A stretch of 64,000 bases of DNA from Camelus ferus (GCF_009834535.1 NC_045698.1:2110001-2174000); one strand, 5' to 3'. Shown: positions 38,017 through 51,277, counted from the first letter of the stretch. The notes: generated from the letters alone by a model not told the origin. Translations and numbers: made by a program.

Positions 38017-38217
38017 GTCCATGTAAGTACCCGCGCATATATGTGTATATTGTCCACGTAAGTACCTGCACATATATACACGTAAGTAGCTGTGCATATA
38101 TGTGCGTGTTGTCCACGTAAGTGCCTGCACATATATATGCATGTATTGTCCACGTAAGTACCTGCACATATGTGTGTATTGTCCATGTAAGTACCTGTGC
38201 ATATATATGCGTGTATT
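38017..38217. repeat. Minisatellite of 6 units, ~24-37 bp (core GTCCAYGTAAGTACCTGYRCATAT)
   Basis: GTAAGT recurs at 38023, 38058, 38082, 38117, 38154 and 38187. Confidence 0.92.
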
Positions 38218-41200
38218 TTTGATCCTGCATTTCCCGCTCCTTAATGCATTTAGAAAAAAAACCCTGCTTGCAGGGCTTGGCAGGATGGTCCTGAGTCATA
38301 AACAGAATAACATGTTTTTAGGCTTTTCTATAAATCTGCTTCTGACCTGTTTTTTACCGAGTGCAATTTCATACCTCAAAAATGTAGAAAAGGCGGAGGG
38401 AACGGGCCGGCGAAATGTGTCCAGAGCAGTCTTGTGCAAGATGCTGAGCTGCGCTGTTTAGAGCCTGGAAGCGGATGCAGTGCTCCGGGCACCGGCTTGA
38501 CTTTAGAGAGCGTCCCCAGCTGCCGGCCACTGCCCGGGAAACTGCACGACGATGGTGTGTTACTGCTGGGCTAATGAGACCCACGTTAGGAGAAGTGAAG
38601 TTAATAATGAAGTTGGAGGGATCCTCTCCACACACCGTCTTGCAACCGCTGTCCCCGGCTCTTAAAGTGAGCAACTGAAGACCAAAATGGGCCGGGATAT
38701 AAAAATCAGCAGGCCAGGAAGCCTGTCGCAATGGGCGGAGCTTGGCTGAGTGTAAATCACGTGCTCTGGGAACTTTGGATTTGCTGCCGGTTCACATTGC
38801 TGGTTCTCACCCTGCGCGGAGCTGCCGGAGAACAGTGCTCCCACACGCGGCGTGGCGGGAGGGGCGGCTTGGCTCACGAGCAGGACCGCCCGTCTCCAGG
38901 AGGAAGGGATCGCGCACAAGCAGCGAGTGTGGGTGCCCACGGATCCCATTGGTATGTTGCCCAGAGCGTTAGTGAGGGGATTTGGGGTCCCGGCCCCTTC
39001 CATCCCACCGCACTGTATCTCGGGCTCCCTTGGTTTGAATCTAGTCCTGTGTCCACGTTTCACCTGGAAGATGTCCCCTGACCTGTCTCAGCCTCAGTCT
39101 ACCAGGATGTGAACTGGGGATAATGTGGTCCCTGTTCACAAGCGGTCAGGAAGATTCAGAGAGATGAGTCAGGGAAGCCGCATGGAGCATCAGCTGGGAC
39201 ACAGCAGGAGCCCAGCGGCCTGGGGAGGCCTCCTCCTGATGACAGGGGCGGGGCCTGCAGGGGCTGGACCCATCGTGCCACCTCCTTCTTGCCGGAACGC
39301 CCCTGGTGCCCTGCTCCACCGCCTCCCCGCCCCTTGGCCCCGGCCCCCTAGGGCTTGCTAATGCTGCAACCGGGACCCCACGCAGTTCTCCGCACAGGAG
39401 GTTGCCCCTGACACATCCCCAGGAGAGTTTGTCTCTGGGTTCATCCTTGTCTGCTGGTCCACAAACGCAGCTCACTGGGTGGGAGGGGGAGTTTCAGCTT
39501 GAAAATGCAAGCGTGATTCACCCGAGGGGACTCGCCCTGGCTCACGTGACCCAGAAAATGGCCTTGTCTTCCTTTGACTCCGGACTGCATCAACCTAGTG
39601 TCGGCCCTGCTCCACCTTCGCTGTCCCCCTACGTGGCCCAGAGCTCTGCCCTTACACACAACCTCATCAGCACCACGGCCTGGCCCAGGGACACCGGCTT
39701 GTCCGTCCAGTCCCAGTGCTGTTTGCTTTGTCCCACCAACTTCCCGTTTCCAGGACAACCTGGACGCATTTCCAAAATCTGTCCCAATTTCCTTTCATGA
39801 AAATGGTAGATGAAGTTCCCAAGCCGCACCTGCTCCTGCCTCCACGCAGATGCAATTTTAAGTATGTCTGTGATCATGATGTGACAGACGAAACAAGTCA
39901 AAACAGTCCATGCGTCAGCGGGAGGGCCTGACTCAGGGCCTGACTCAAGTGACAGCACTTGGAGTCACACAGCCCGGGAACTGACCGGGAGGTCCTTTTA
40001 ACAACTGTTGGGAGAGTGGATTTCTTAGCTGTAGCTCAGGCGACATCAGGCACCCTGGACTTGACCTTCAGGTGCTGCAGGGGGCGTGCCCCCCCGGAAG
40101 CGGCGGAAGACGGGCGATAAATATGATGGCCGGTGAACATGACGGCCAGTTTCCAGGACCACGAGGCAAGGAACGCGCATAGAGGCATTTCAATATTTGT
40201 GCAAACTCACACAGCACAAGCCGTCTCCCTTTCATATTTAATAAAGATCTCCTCGTCGGCTGCGGCCAGCGATAAGCGCAATATCCTTCAACGGTTATCC
40301 TGGGGTCACCACTCAAGTGCTTTCTGCCGGTCGGAGCAGAAGCTGTGCGTAGCTGCTGTGTGCATTTCATAAACCCAAGGAAAAAAATTTTTTTGATTTG
40401 GCTTTTTCCTCTATCTTAAATGCTTTATTTTTCAGGGGCGAGATAAGGCCTGGTTCTTCCCACAACACCGGAGCTCAGCCATGCCTGCGTCTCTCTCCGC
40501 TGAGGAGAAGGGGCCGCCTGTGCACAGATGTCTCAGATTAAATTGTACCTCACAGCCCTTGCAGCGCGGGCACTGGATGAACTGCCAGAAGGGCCGTAGG
40601 CAAGAACTAAATTGCTTTGGTTTCAGTACACAGTGAATTTGGCTCAGACAAGCTGAATCAGTACATTAAATGCGAATCCCTCGCAGATTTGAAAGCAGCC
40701 TTTAGCACAATTATTGACTGTGAGTGATGATTATGTCTAATTGAAGGAGACTTCTGCTACCTGTGGCTCGGCTGGAGTCTACCCGAGCCGCGGCGAGGCC
40801 CTGCCTCTTAATTCAATGTTCCGGCTTGAGAGCAGCCATCCGAGCTAAACCCGGACGTGTGTACACACGGTCGATACACTTTAATAAACTTTACAGGTTC
40901 GGTAACGAGGCTGAGTATATAATGCAATTTTTTAAATTCAGCGAAGGAAAGTAGCTAACAAGTCTGCCGGGCGGTGGCAGTTCCCGCACAGAGACCTCCC
41001 AGAAAAACCCGCAGACCCTCCAGGCTCCTCTGGGGAAGCTGCTCCTCCCCTCGCCAATGCGCCCGGGGGCGGGTCTCAGGCCTGTGGCTCGGACCAGGCC
41101 CCCTGGAGACCCCTGAGGAGGCCGGAATAAGGCTGCAGTCCCGCATCTTCGCTTGGGGGTCCCTGCCAACTGCCTGAGATGCAGACAGATCCCTTGGTAG

Positions 41201-41378
41201 TCCCCGCCTGCTTGCCCGGGCCGGCCAGCCCCGACTCGCCCTCCCCGGCCGACCACGGCCAGCGCGTGGCTCCGAGCCGGCCGACCTCGCCCCGAAGTCG
41301 TTGACTTTCCTTGGCAAATGAGAGGCAGTTTCTCATGGGGCTACAGCTAAGGTCTCACTTGTCTTTAATTTTTAATTG

Positions 41379-41451
41379 TTTTTTATTGAAGTGTGATTGA
41401 TGTACAATGCTGGGTTAATTTCTGGCGTGAAAACAGCGACACGGTTGTACA
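41379..41451 (-). mobile_element. Short L1 3' terminal fragment
   Basis: ttttttattgaagtgtgattgatgtacaatgctgggttaatttctggcgtg. Confidence 0.65.
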
Positions 41452-43417
41452 GGCTCGTGTACTCCCTCTCCGAGAATCTCAGTCTCGTGCTCCGTGAGAA
41501 AGACGGCACACGGCAGCACGCCGCCAGTGCTCTGGCTGAGGCGCTCTCTCTGCCCGGCTTCTGCGTGTTTGTGGCTTCAACCCACCAGCACTTTTCGAGT
41601 TGGAGTCAATTCAATTTGAATGAGCACTTAGGTCACTGGGCATCATCTTAAAGAGCACTGTTGGCAGGATTTGTAAGCAGGTTCCTTTCCAGCGCTGCGG
41701 ACCCCCAGCTTGGTCACACGCCCCCCTGAGACCATCTCTCACGTGGCCCAGAAGCCCTGTCACCAAGCCTGGTTGCCATTAACTTTCCTCAGGAGGGATG
41801 GCTGACATCCACGTGTGTTTGAGTTATGATTTTCCACAAATCGGAGCATTTGTCATAGAATAAAAACAGCCCCCCACGGAAGGATCACGTGGGCCCTGAG
41901 GATGGTGGCAGACGTGGACGTGGGTGAGCCGGCTCTGAGCACTCACAGGCCAGGGGCTCACTGGCCCCGGGAGCCCTGGGACAGCCCGGCTGCCTCACTG
42001 CCTGCCCGCCCGTGGCTCGGTGCTCCCTGTGGCTCCCTGGCCTGCGCCACGTGGGAACCCGGGGCCCAGCTCACGTCAGCGAGTCTGTTCCCGTGTCTTG
42101 TGAAAACCCAAGGGGAGGCCCTTCCGCTCAGTCAGCTGAAAGCTGAGGTAGCTTTTTGTTCTGTGTCTGCGTGGAGACCAGAGTACCAGGTCACTGATTT
42201 CAGGATGACTGAGACGTCTCTTGGCCCCATCCTCCCTTTGGGAAATCCTTGTGAGCGAGCTGGGAGGCCACCTGGGAGCCAGGAGGTACTTTGGCACCAA
42301 GGCCACTCGCGCACCAGGGCTCTTCAGGCCGCCCCCTGCCCTGCAGCCTCGGCCGCCCCTCGGAGGCGTCTCCCACGTGCTGCGAAGACCGTCTGAGAAC
42401 CAGGAAGGGTGCTCTTCGTGGCCTGACGACTTCAGCACCAACGAGGCTGTGAGGCCAGTGGCCACCGAGCATCATGATGTTTCATTTCTGCTCACGTCCT
42501 CAGCGACCAGCGTCCCCCTGGCTGCTGCAGGGCAGGCGCTGACCGGACGCTCGTCTCCAGGGAGCGCGGGCCCTGCGTCAGAGGCTCACAGCCCCGCGTA
42601 CGGTCTCTACATGGTGAAGATGACAGGAGGGGGACCGGCCTGATGCCTTCACTGACTGGATGCACAGGGCAGTGACAATTTATTGAATTAAATTGAATTC
42701 CGGGTCTTCAGAAGCAGGAGTGGGGCCTCCGGCCAGGGGGCTGAGATGCCGTCAGAGCAAAGAAGGAAGCAGAGTAATTAAGGAGACCCACGCTGTCGGC
42801 TTTCCTGCGTTTTCTTACCTCTGTCGGCGGTGTGTCCCTTTATTTGGCAAAATTCTCATTTTGATGAGTGCAAGGTTGACTAGGGGGCACTTTAAGGCAA
42901 CAGTGATTTAAGGAAAAAAGGTTTTAATTTTCTTAAGAGAGTTTATTCTTAAGTCCCAGCGTCCCGGACATAGTGTCCTTTTATTTGGGGGCAAATGTGC
43001 TGATGGTCATGATGCTGAGTTTCTCAAACAGACTGTTGAATGTTTTTAAGGTTCTTTTACAATAGTTTGGGAAGCGAATTTTAAGATTCTCCATGCTCTC
43101 GCAGAGTCTGGGGCCCTCTGAGCTCAAGCTGGTGGCACTGGGATGCCCAGCACGCTGCCCAAGAGGTGGAGGGGACTGCGGACCCGAGAGGCAGCCCTGT
43201 GCCTCCCGGACCCTCCTGAGGTGCAGGTCCGTCTCCTGCGGCCTCTGATCCTGACCCGCGGGGCCCGGGGCCGGTAGGCAGGGGACACAGACCTTGGTCC
43301 AGCTGCTGTGGGACAAGTCCTTTTTGATGTAGGGTCACCTCCAGCCCCTGGCTCTGCTGAGAAAGCAGGATCCCATGAGCTCTCCCTCCATCCTCCAGTT
43401 GGGGGGGCTCTGAACAT

Positions 43418-43476
43418 CAGCAGTATGACCCTGGGCAGATTGCCCCCTGTGCCTCAGTTTCCTCACCTGCAAGGTG
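43418..43476 (+). mobile_element. MIR core relic
   Basis: tgaccctgggcagattg...ctgtgcctcagtttcctcacctgcaa matches the MIR core. Confidence 0.65.
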
Positions 43477-43581
43477 CAGCCCTGCCCCATGACTGGAGGA
43501 GGAACCCGGTGTAGACAAGCGTATTTGGCAGGGGGTGAGTTCTCCAAGCCGGTCAGCTGGTGTGGCCATGCCTGTTACCAC

Positions 43582-44112
43582 CGTGTTAGCCTCCCGCGGC
43601 TCCTGTACCGTGGGACCGCTAACCCGGGGCTGAGACCAGCACACATCTGCCTTCTCACAGTTCCAAGATCAGAATTCCAGCATCAGCATCAAAGGGGAAA
43701 AGTCAAGTTGTTGGCAGGGCTGGTTCCCTCTGGAGAGGGAAGACTTTGTCACCCTGCCCCAACCCCGAGGGGAGAGTTCGTCCCCTGCCCTTTTCAGGTT
43801 CTAGAGGTGCCCGCACTCCTTGGCCTGCCCCCCTCCATCCTCAAAGCCAGCAGCTGGCATCTCCTCTCCTTTGTACCCTCTGTTTCTGTCCTCAGGTCTT
43901 CTCTCTCACTCTGACACCTCTGTCTCCCTCTTCTGGGACACCTACGATGACATTGGACTCCCCCCACCCCAGATAATCCAGGAAAACCTCCCACCTCCAG
44001 GTCCTTAATTTAAACACATCTACAAAGTCCCTTTTGCCCCATGAGGCCACGTACCCACAGGCCTTGGGAATGAGGGCTGGGGTCTTCGGAGACCCATCTT
44101 CAGATCACCACA
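43582..44112 (-). mobile_element. MaLR solo LTR, MLT1D-like
   Basis: tcaagttgttggcagggctggttccctctggag...tccatcctcaaagccagcag...cagataatccagga...tccttaatttaaacacatctacaaagtcccttttgcc are antisense MLT1D segments. Confidence 0.85.
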
Positions 44113-44159
44113 GCTGCCACCCCCGGGTCTGGCTCCCCCTGTGACCCCACCTGGCAGTT

Positions 44160-44505
44160 TTTATTTCCCTGAGCAGAGTGACTGGTTCATGGATGCACAT
44201 GACCAGATCCAGGCTAATCCGATCACTCTTGGAATCACTGTGGATGATGGAATACAAAATCAGGATTTCTCAGAGGCAACGTTTTCCAGCACCTGGGAGA
44301 TCTTACCTGAGGAGGAAGCATTGCAAAAGAAGACAGAGCTGACAGACAGAAAGAGGCAGTGCTTCTTGGGTCACAGTCAGAGCTCCTGGATCCAGCTGTT
44401 CCTGAAGGCGATGGACCTCAGCACTTCTTGATCATGAGCACCAAGAAATACCCTCGGTCGTGTAAAGTCGTCTCTGTTTCTACTGTTCTTATCAAAAGCG
44501 ACATT
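44160..44505 (+). mobile_element. Old MaLR LTR, MLT1J/K-like
   Basis: gtgactggttcatggatgcacatgacc and gagctcctggatccagctgttcctgaag resemble MLT1J/K/L motifs. Confidence 0.55.
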
Positions 44506-45269
44506 GTGCCTGACGTGGCAGAGAGCGTTCCTGGGTGCCTTCTAGTCCCACGGGGCTTTCCCCTGACAGAAGGAGAAAACCCCCGTGTACCAGGGAGGCC
44601 TCCCGGTACACGCGGCCCACCCACCGCAGGCTCCATGGTGGTTTCCATGAAATCTGAGAAAGTTGTTTTTTCCCGGTAGATATTTACAGGGATCCATTAG
44701 ATCAAAGTTAACATTTTTTTTCCCAAAGTGTGTTGAAGACTGAACCGTGATGACTGCTGCTTGTTCAGGCAACATTAAAACATTTCCAGGCACACAGGCG
44801 CCCTGCCCACTGGATCACGCGTGCGCGCGCTCCCAGCTGTGGAGGATCACGTCCTGCATGAAGCTCGTGCCCGCGTGCTCGGTGGTTTCCCTGCTGTGCA
44901 GCAGCTCTGTGATTTCACGTCCCTTGCGTATCTCATTAAGTCCTCCCAGAACTGGTTTCTTTATGTATTTTTTATGCTGTTTTGGAAAACTGGAATGACA
45001 TGTAAACACTCAACAGGGAAAGACGAACAACGCAAAGTGGATTTAGGAACAATCGTGATGGGAAGGCAGTGGGTCCTTCCCACCCACACAGGCCTGGTGC
45101 CGTGGCCGCAGGAGAGAGCCTCGCCTTTCTAACCTCATGAACGCCACACTAATAACCAACACAGGGTCCTTCCCCCGGGTCGCCACCGGTACCACACTGT
45201 CAGGCAACCCCACACACCTGAGGACGCTGGCGCACAAGGCCGAGGTGGCCTTGGTCCTCTGGGGCACGG

Positions 45270-45608
45270 GCCTCATCAGCAGAGTGTCTATAACAAAGCA
45301 TCACAGGCCGAGTGGTGCAAACAGTGATGTTTATTCCTTACAGTTCTGAAGCTGGGAAGCCCGAGATGAAAGTCCGCAGCGAGGACCCTCTTCCTGGTCT
45401 GCAGACAGCCACCTTCTTGGCGGGTCCTCCTGGGGTGCAGAGAAAGCTCAAGCCCCTTGTGACCCTTATTAGAAGGACACTAACCGCACTTGCCAGGGCT
45501 CCACCCTCGTGACCTAGTCCCCCCAGTGCCCACCTCCTAATATCGTCACGTTGGGGGCTAGGGCTTTGGCACGTGAATCCTGGGGGGACAGACATTCAGG
45601 CCGGAGCA
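45270..45608 (-). mobile_element. MaLR solo LTR, MLT1A-like
   Basis: tttattccttacagttctgaagctgggaagcccgagat...agggctccaccctcgtgacct...cccacctcctaatatc...ggggggacagacattcag is antisense MLT1A. Confidence 0.85.
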
Positions 45609-47176
45609 GATGCCCCGGCTGGTGACAGCTGCGAACTGCGAAGGCTTGTGAGTTACCAGCAAGACGGGCCCACTTCTCCCTTCCATGCACAGAAGTCACT
45701 GAATGCAGGCATTTGGGGACATTCACAGATTATGAGAAGAACCCCATCTCCCAAACGATCTTCCCTTTAAGTCCTGCTACCCTGTGTCCCTGGAAGAGTG
45801 ACAGCCTGCCATCCTGCCAGGAGCAGTGAGGAGGCCCCGAGGCTGCTTGGGTTTCTTACGGCCCCTTCCGGTTGAAGAGCAGAAGCTGCCAGAGTCCACC
45901 TGTCCCCATCCTTCTGGTCAATTCTTTGTTCTCTTGGCTTCTTTTCTGCTGGTTTCCTTCTCATTGGAACCTCCTCAGCTCCCCAGAAAGTCTGCATGTG
46001 GGTCTGGATCATGGCTTCCTGTGAACCCGCTGAAGGCAAACCCTGCCTTTGACCAACATGGGGGGCCTTAAAGGGACTGCAGGCACCTTGCAGCCACACC
46101 TCCCAGGGGTGGGGGGGCAGGCAGGAAACCCCAGTGAAGGCAGCATCTATTGTCTAGGGTCACAGGATCTGGGGATGGAGATCTCGTGACCTGTCAGCCT
46201 GAAGCTCCAACCTGGGGACACTGAGGTCGGGTGTAACTCCCCAGCCTGGCCCCTGTGTGTCCACCCAGACCACCTCTTACTTAAGAAGGAAGCCCACTCC
46301 CCTGGCAAGGGGTCCCCACCCTCACTGCGTCTGGGCAACCCCAGGAGCTTCCTGGTTACGCACCACAGATGAAGCATTTCCAGGGGGCGATTCCTTTGGG
46401 TTTGGACCATCACATCGTCTGACTCTGTAGAGCCCTGCACGGCGCCTGTGAGTTCTGTTAGGCAGTGAAGAGCGGGGTTGGCTAATTTCCACTGCTAGAT
46501 CATGTGTTCTGTAGACGTTAAACTTCTTTGTAAAGGAACTTCCTGTCGGCCTAAGTGAGGCCCCTTGCTTCAGTCAGGCACAGAGATTCTGGACACAGGT
46601 CTGGTCTGAAGGGCGGATCTGAGCCCTCCTGACCGCCCAGCTCGTCGGCAATCCCGGGTGGCCTGCCTGCTCTGGGCGAGCCCGGAGCAGGACTCCCCGG
46701 TGCACCCTTTGCCTGTCTCCGGCTGGGCGCCAGGTGTCTGGACCCGCACTGGCCAGGGCAGCTCTGCTTGCAACTCCGTCAGTGATTTTCTAAACCGATC
46801 AGAGAGGGGCTTTAAAAAACAGCGCAGGCACACGCGCACCACGTCAGAAGGGTGCTGGCTCCACTTGCTCCTGGAAACCACACCGATGTGCCCTGGGCTG
46901 TGGCGCTCCCTGCGGCAAACAGCCCTCCTTCCTCGCCGCTTCCAAAGGCGACGATATCCACCTGGTTAAAATCTGTCGTTGAGAATGCTGAGTTCCAAAG
47001 CGTTCACGAACTGGGAGTTTATACTGTGCTGATCTTTGAAAGATACCAGCCAGTTCAGTGCTAGAGTGATGGGCACAACAGTGTGCACACACACCCACTC
47101 ACACTCTCAGTCTCCTGCACCCACACTCACACACTCACACACACACACACGTGGTAATCACTAGTGTTCTATGATA

Positions 47177-47529
47177 GACAGGACATATATATATTTTTTT
47201 AATTGAAGTACAGACAGTTTACAATGTGTCAATCTCTGGTGTGCAGCATAATGTTTCAGTCATACATACACACACATATATTTGTTTTGTTTCATATTCT
47301 TTTTTATCATAGGTCACTACAAGGTAGTGAATGCAGTTCCCTGTGCTCTACGGCAGAAGCTGCTTGTTCGTCTATTTTATATATAGTAGTTCGTACCTGC
47401 AAATCTCGCACTCCCAATTCATCCCTTCATTCTAAGTGAAGTGAGCCAGAGACAGAAAGAAAAATACCACATGATATCACTTATGTGTGGAATCTGAAAA
47501 AAGAAAAAAGGACAGGACATACGTCTTTT
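47177..47529 (-). mobile_element. 5'-inverted LINE-1 insertion with target-site duplication
   Basis: Antisense L1 3' UTR (~47195-47428) joined directly to a sense ORF2-end segment (~47428-47510); GACAGGACATA on both sides (47177-47187, 47511-47521). Confidence 0.85.
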
Positions 47530-48651
47530 ATACGCAAACCACGTCACACGTGCGCTCACGCACTCACCATGGCAGTATTCTGCAGTGTATAAGGCATGTT
47601 CCACTCGTGAAGAGAATGTGTGTTTTCTGTGTACACACGCACAGAGGCCATGTACGACCTCTGCACAAGCCACACGCACACACATGCTCACACATCATCG
47701 CTGTAGTGTTCGGTAACATACAGAATCTATATTTGACATGTATACAGAACGAATATACATATATTCTATATGCAAACCACACACACACACACACACCACC
47801 ATCCTTTGCAACGCATCCTCCACGATGCAGATAAAGGGTGTATTTGTATTTTCCTAACCTTTTGAAGGGTGAACCCCTAAGTCTCCTCCAGTGTAAATAA
47901 TGCATTGAAGTAAAATATGGACTGTCAAAGTGGGGCAGCAATTAATTATATAGCACATAAATCCTTCCTTCCAAATGACTAATACACGGTCCTTTGTGCA
48001 TAAATGTTTCTCTGAATTTTGTTTGAACGCCTAACCTCCTAACATCAGATGGTGCCGTCAGGATAATTTTCATTAGAAAAATAATTATAGGCTAAATATA
48101 GTTAATAAAACATTAACTATAAATTTGAATATTTTAAAAGCATGTCCTTCTAGAAGCAGCTTCTAATGAATTTTGATGAAAATACCATGGTTACCTAAGA
48201 AAAATAAATAGACGTGATTATTACACACAGTCGTGAGACTTGATGAATTACAGAAAATAATTTTAACTTGGAAGTAATTATTCTGGGGAAATCTGCTTCA
48301 GAAAATTGATGATTATAAGAAGAAAAGAAAAAACGAATCATTCTTCACGGATGACAGAAAATTTGGTCTAATTTTGATCCATTCTACAGTCTTGAATTCG
48401 CAGTTACTAGTCAATCATAAATCCTCAAGCTTTAACTTTAAAATAACATGAAAACCTAGCTTTCCACTGAAAGATTTCCAAAGGAGATAAAGTCCCATAA
48501 CCCGGCTTCCCAGTGGCTCTGAGGAGGGCCGCCCCCTCCCGCTGTGACCCAGAGGGAGGGCTCGGAGGCTGGGCCGCGCCCCTGCGGAGCCCGGGGAGGG
48601 AGGCAGCGGTGAGCACGGCCCATGCAGAGGCTCACACGGACTGCAGCCTCA

Positions 48652-48697
48652 CATCCCCGTTTCACAGAGGAGCAAGTCGAGGCTCAGAGAGGTTCAG
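48652..48697 (-). mobile_element. MIR core relic
   Basis: catccccgtttcacagaggagcaagtcgaggctcagagaggtt resembles antisense MIR core (cccattttacagatgaggaaactgaggctcagagagg). Confidence 0.55.
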
Positions 48698-51270
48698 GAT
48701 GTCAGCTGGATTGCTGCCAGCTCTGACAGCAGTGCCCACCGCCCCACACCACCTGCCCCCACGTGAGCGGGGGAGGTCTGGCTTCCCCCTGCAGCGTCCG
48801 TCTCTGAGCCCTCAGCACCGGTCCTCCTCGACCCCCTCGCAGCTGGCCCCTCTGGACCCCCCACAACCGCACTGTGCTGTCTCTGCGGTCACAGTGGTGC
48901 TCACACCCAGGATGAGTCCAGCAGGGGCACAGGGTGTGAGGGTCACTCACACCTCAAACCCCAGGCCACCTGGCATCTGGCACCACCCGCCTGGCCGCCA
49001 CTCCTCACGTCCGCCCATGTCGCCCGCATCATCCCCGACCCAGCACTGGCTCCCAGCCTGATGGTTCAATCATGAATGAATGAGAAACACAGGGATCACA
49101 TTTCCTGGAAATCACATGCTATTTGACAAATGAGTAGAAATCTCTGGCAAATTCATTTAGGATTTTTTTTCTTGCCTCAAAGTATGAAAAATGAGCATGA
49201 GAAGTCACAAAAGTTTGAACATGACATTTCTCACCCATCCGTGCCCTGCAGCGATGCGGTAAATAACTGCGCTGAGCTGTACCAGACGGAAGGGGCCCGC
49301 CCCGCTGCGGGCGTGAGAACGTGGGTCGAGCATTTCCTCACTCACCCTCCTTGGACAGAGAAAGTGCCTCCTTGGGTGGGGCCGGACTCCACGTGGGAAA
49401 TGCCAGGCTTGCAAAGACGTTCACAGCGACAGAGACTAGTGTCTTCAAGCACAGGATGCTTTCCTTAGAGGGTCTCATCCCGTGAGCAGGAAAGCCTCTC
49501 GCTTAATTGTGCTTTAAACCTCCCATGTCTGCAGGCGGCTGCATCCTCTCCAAGTCCCTTCCAATGAAACTATGACTTTACGGTCACTTAGGCCCACTTG
49601 TTTCCCAGGATCAGGCTCAGAGAGGACGTGTGTGAAGTTGGACAGATCAGGGGCCCTCCGGCTCCTCCTCCCCTGTGGGTGGGAGTTGGGGCACCGGGGA
49701 GGACCCTCTGGCTCGGGCGTGGCCTGCTGTGGCCCCTGGCTCACTCCAAGCCCCCCGTGTCCTCTCACTCAGCGGCCAGGGCAGGGGGACGAGGTTTCTC
49801 TTCCCAACCACAATCAGAGTTACTTGGAGCCCGGCTCTGGGGTTGGGGGACGTCATGCCCCGGAATCTTGGATCCAGACGAGCTGAGAAGGGGCAGCTGG
49901 CGGGATGTGGGTGCCTGTGGGTGTACTGCCTGTGGGGTGTGGGGGCGCTGCGGGCTTTGGGTTCTCCCTGAGCCTTGGGTGGGGCTGCACCCTCCCCCTG
50001 CCCAGGCACCTGCGGAGGGGCTGGGGTGGGGCACTGGAGTGTGCTTCCCTAGAGGGGCTGAGCCTGTGGGCCAGGGAGCGCCCTTGGCTCTGCACTCCCA
50101 CATCAGGATGGAGTCGGGTCCCTCTGCCTCTGCACCTGCCTGTCCAGCCCTCCCTGATCCCTCTTGGTGCAGGGCAAAACCGCCTGGGCCGGCGGTGCCT
50201 GTGTCCCCCGACCTGCTCTGTCTTTGCCTGCCGCCACCCCTTGCAAGGTGCTATTCTTTCCCTGAGGCTCATCCCCTCTCACCTCAGTTCTCTCCCAATT
50301 CTCAGTATCCAGGGTGCCTGCCTAGCCAAACCGACACCAGAGGTGAGACTCCCTCCTGTCTCCTGGCCCTGGTTCTTCTCAACAGGGAGCTGTTGGCCCA
50401 AGGGCCAAAGTCCCCGAGTTCCTCAGCCTCAGCGCTTCCCAGACCCCCAGACAGTGCTGCCCGCTCCTTGTTCTGACGGCTCCAGGTGACTTTGGACTGG
50501 TGCCACTGGGCATGCCCCCAGCAAACCCCACAGCGCCTCGAACTTGACCTGTAAACTGCAGGTGCCCAGGGATGCCTGCTGCATTGAATGAAGATTCAGG
50601 GGTGCAAATGGGAGCTTTTCTAGCCCTGAAGTGGGGGGAGTGGCTCCCCCATCCCCAAGAGCTCCTCTTCGTCACCTGTGAGGATCCCAGAGAAGCCCAC
50701 ACTGTGCTCACCCAGGGAGGAGTTTGGGGGTGCCGTGGGGTTGGGGGGTGGTCAGAGGGAGGCAGTGGTGGGAGACAAGTGTGAGCAAACATGGTTTGGA
50801 AAAGCCAGAGCCCGGGAGGAAGGGCCAGCGAGGAGATTCTCACACTGGAGCAGGTGGGCAGGTGAGGCTGCAGGTGGTTGCATGTCACTTAAAATAACAC
50901 GATTCAGTGATGCGGCGAACAGAAAGCACCAGGGAATTCCCCGCATACCAGGCACAAAGCCGAGGAGGGAGGGCGGGTGCCCGTCACCCGTAATTACCAC
51001 AAATCAACAGCATTCATTACTGAGACTTAACGTCTTCAAACGGCCAGAGAGGCCACCAGAAAGACGCCTGCCTCGCTTTCCTGCTGCGGTCAGGGACTGG
51101 AGAGTGAGCTGCGTGGATCCAGTGGCCTCCTCACGGGTCCACTGCCTTCCCGCGACGGCAGAGGGGACAGTGCCGGTCACCGCGCCGAGGGGCACGATCA
51201 GGAGACTAAGTTTTGCTTTGTACGTCTTGAAACCGAGTCAAATGGTCTCTTTTCTACATTTGTCTCTCCC

Positions 51271-51277
51271 TCTCTCT

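Noticed and set aside
38017..38217. CRISPR-like repeat-spacer array
   Set aside because: Mammalian context, no cas genes, and the 'spacers' are short related AT/GT dinucleotide variants; it is a minisatellite.
49598..50476. 292-aa ORF (also 55122-55889 and 62081-62845)
   Set aside because: No recognisable homology or exon structure; GC-driven stop-codon scarcity.
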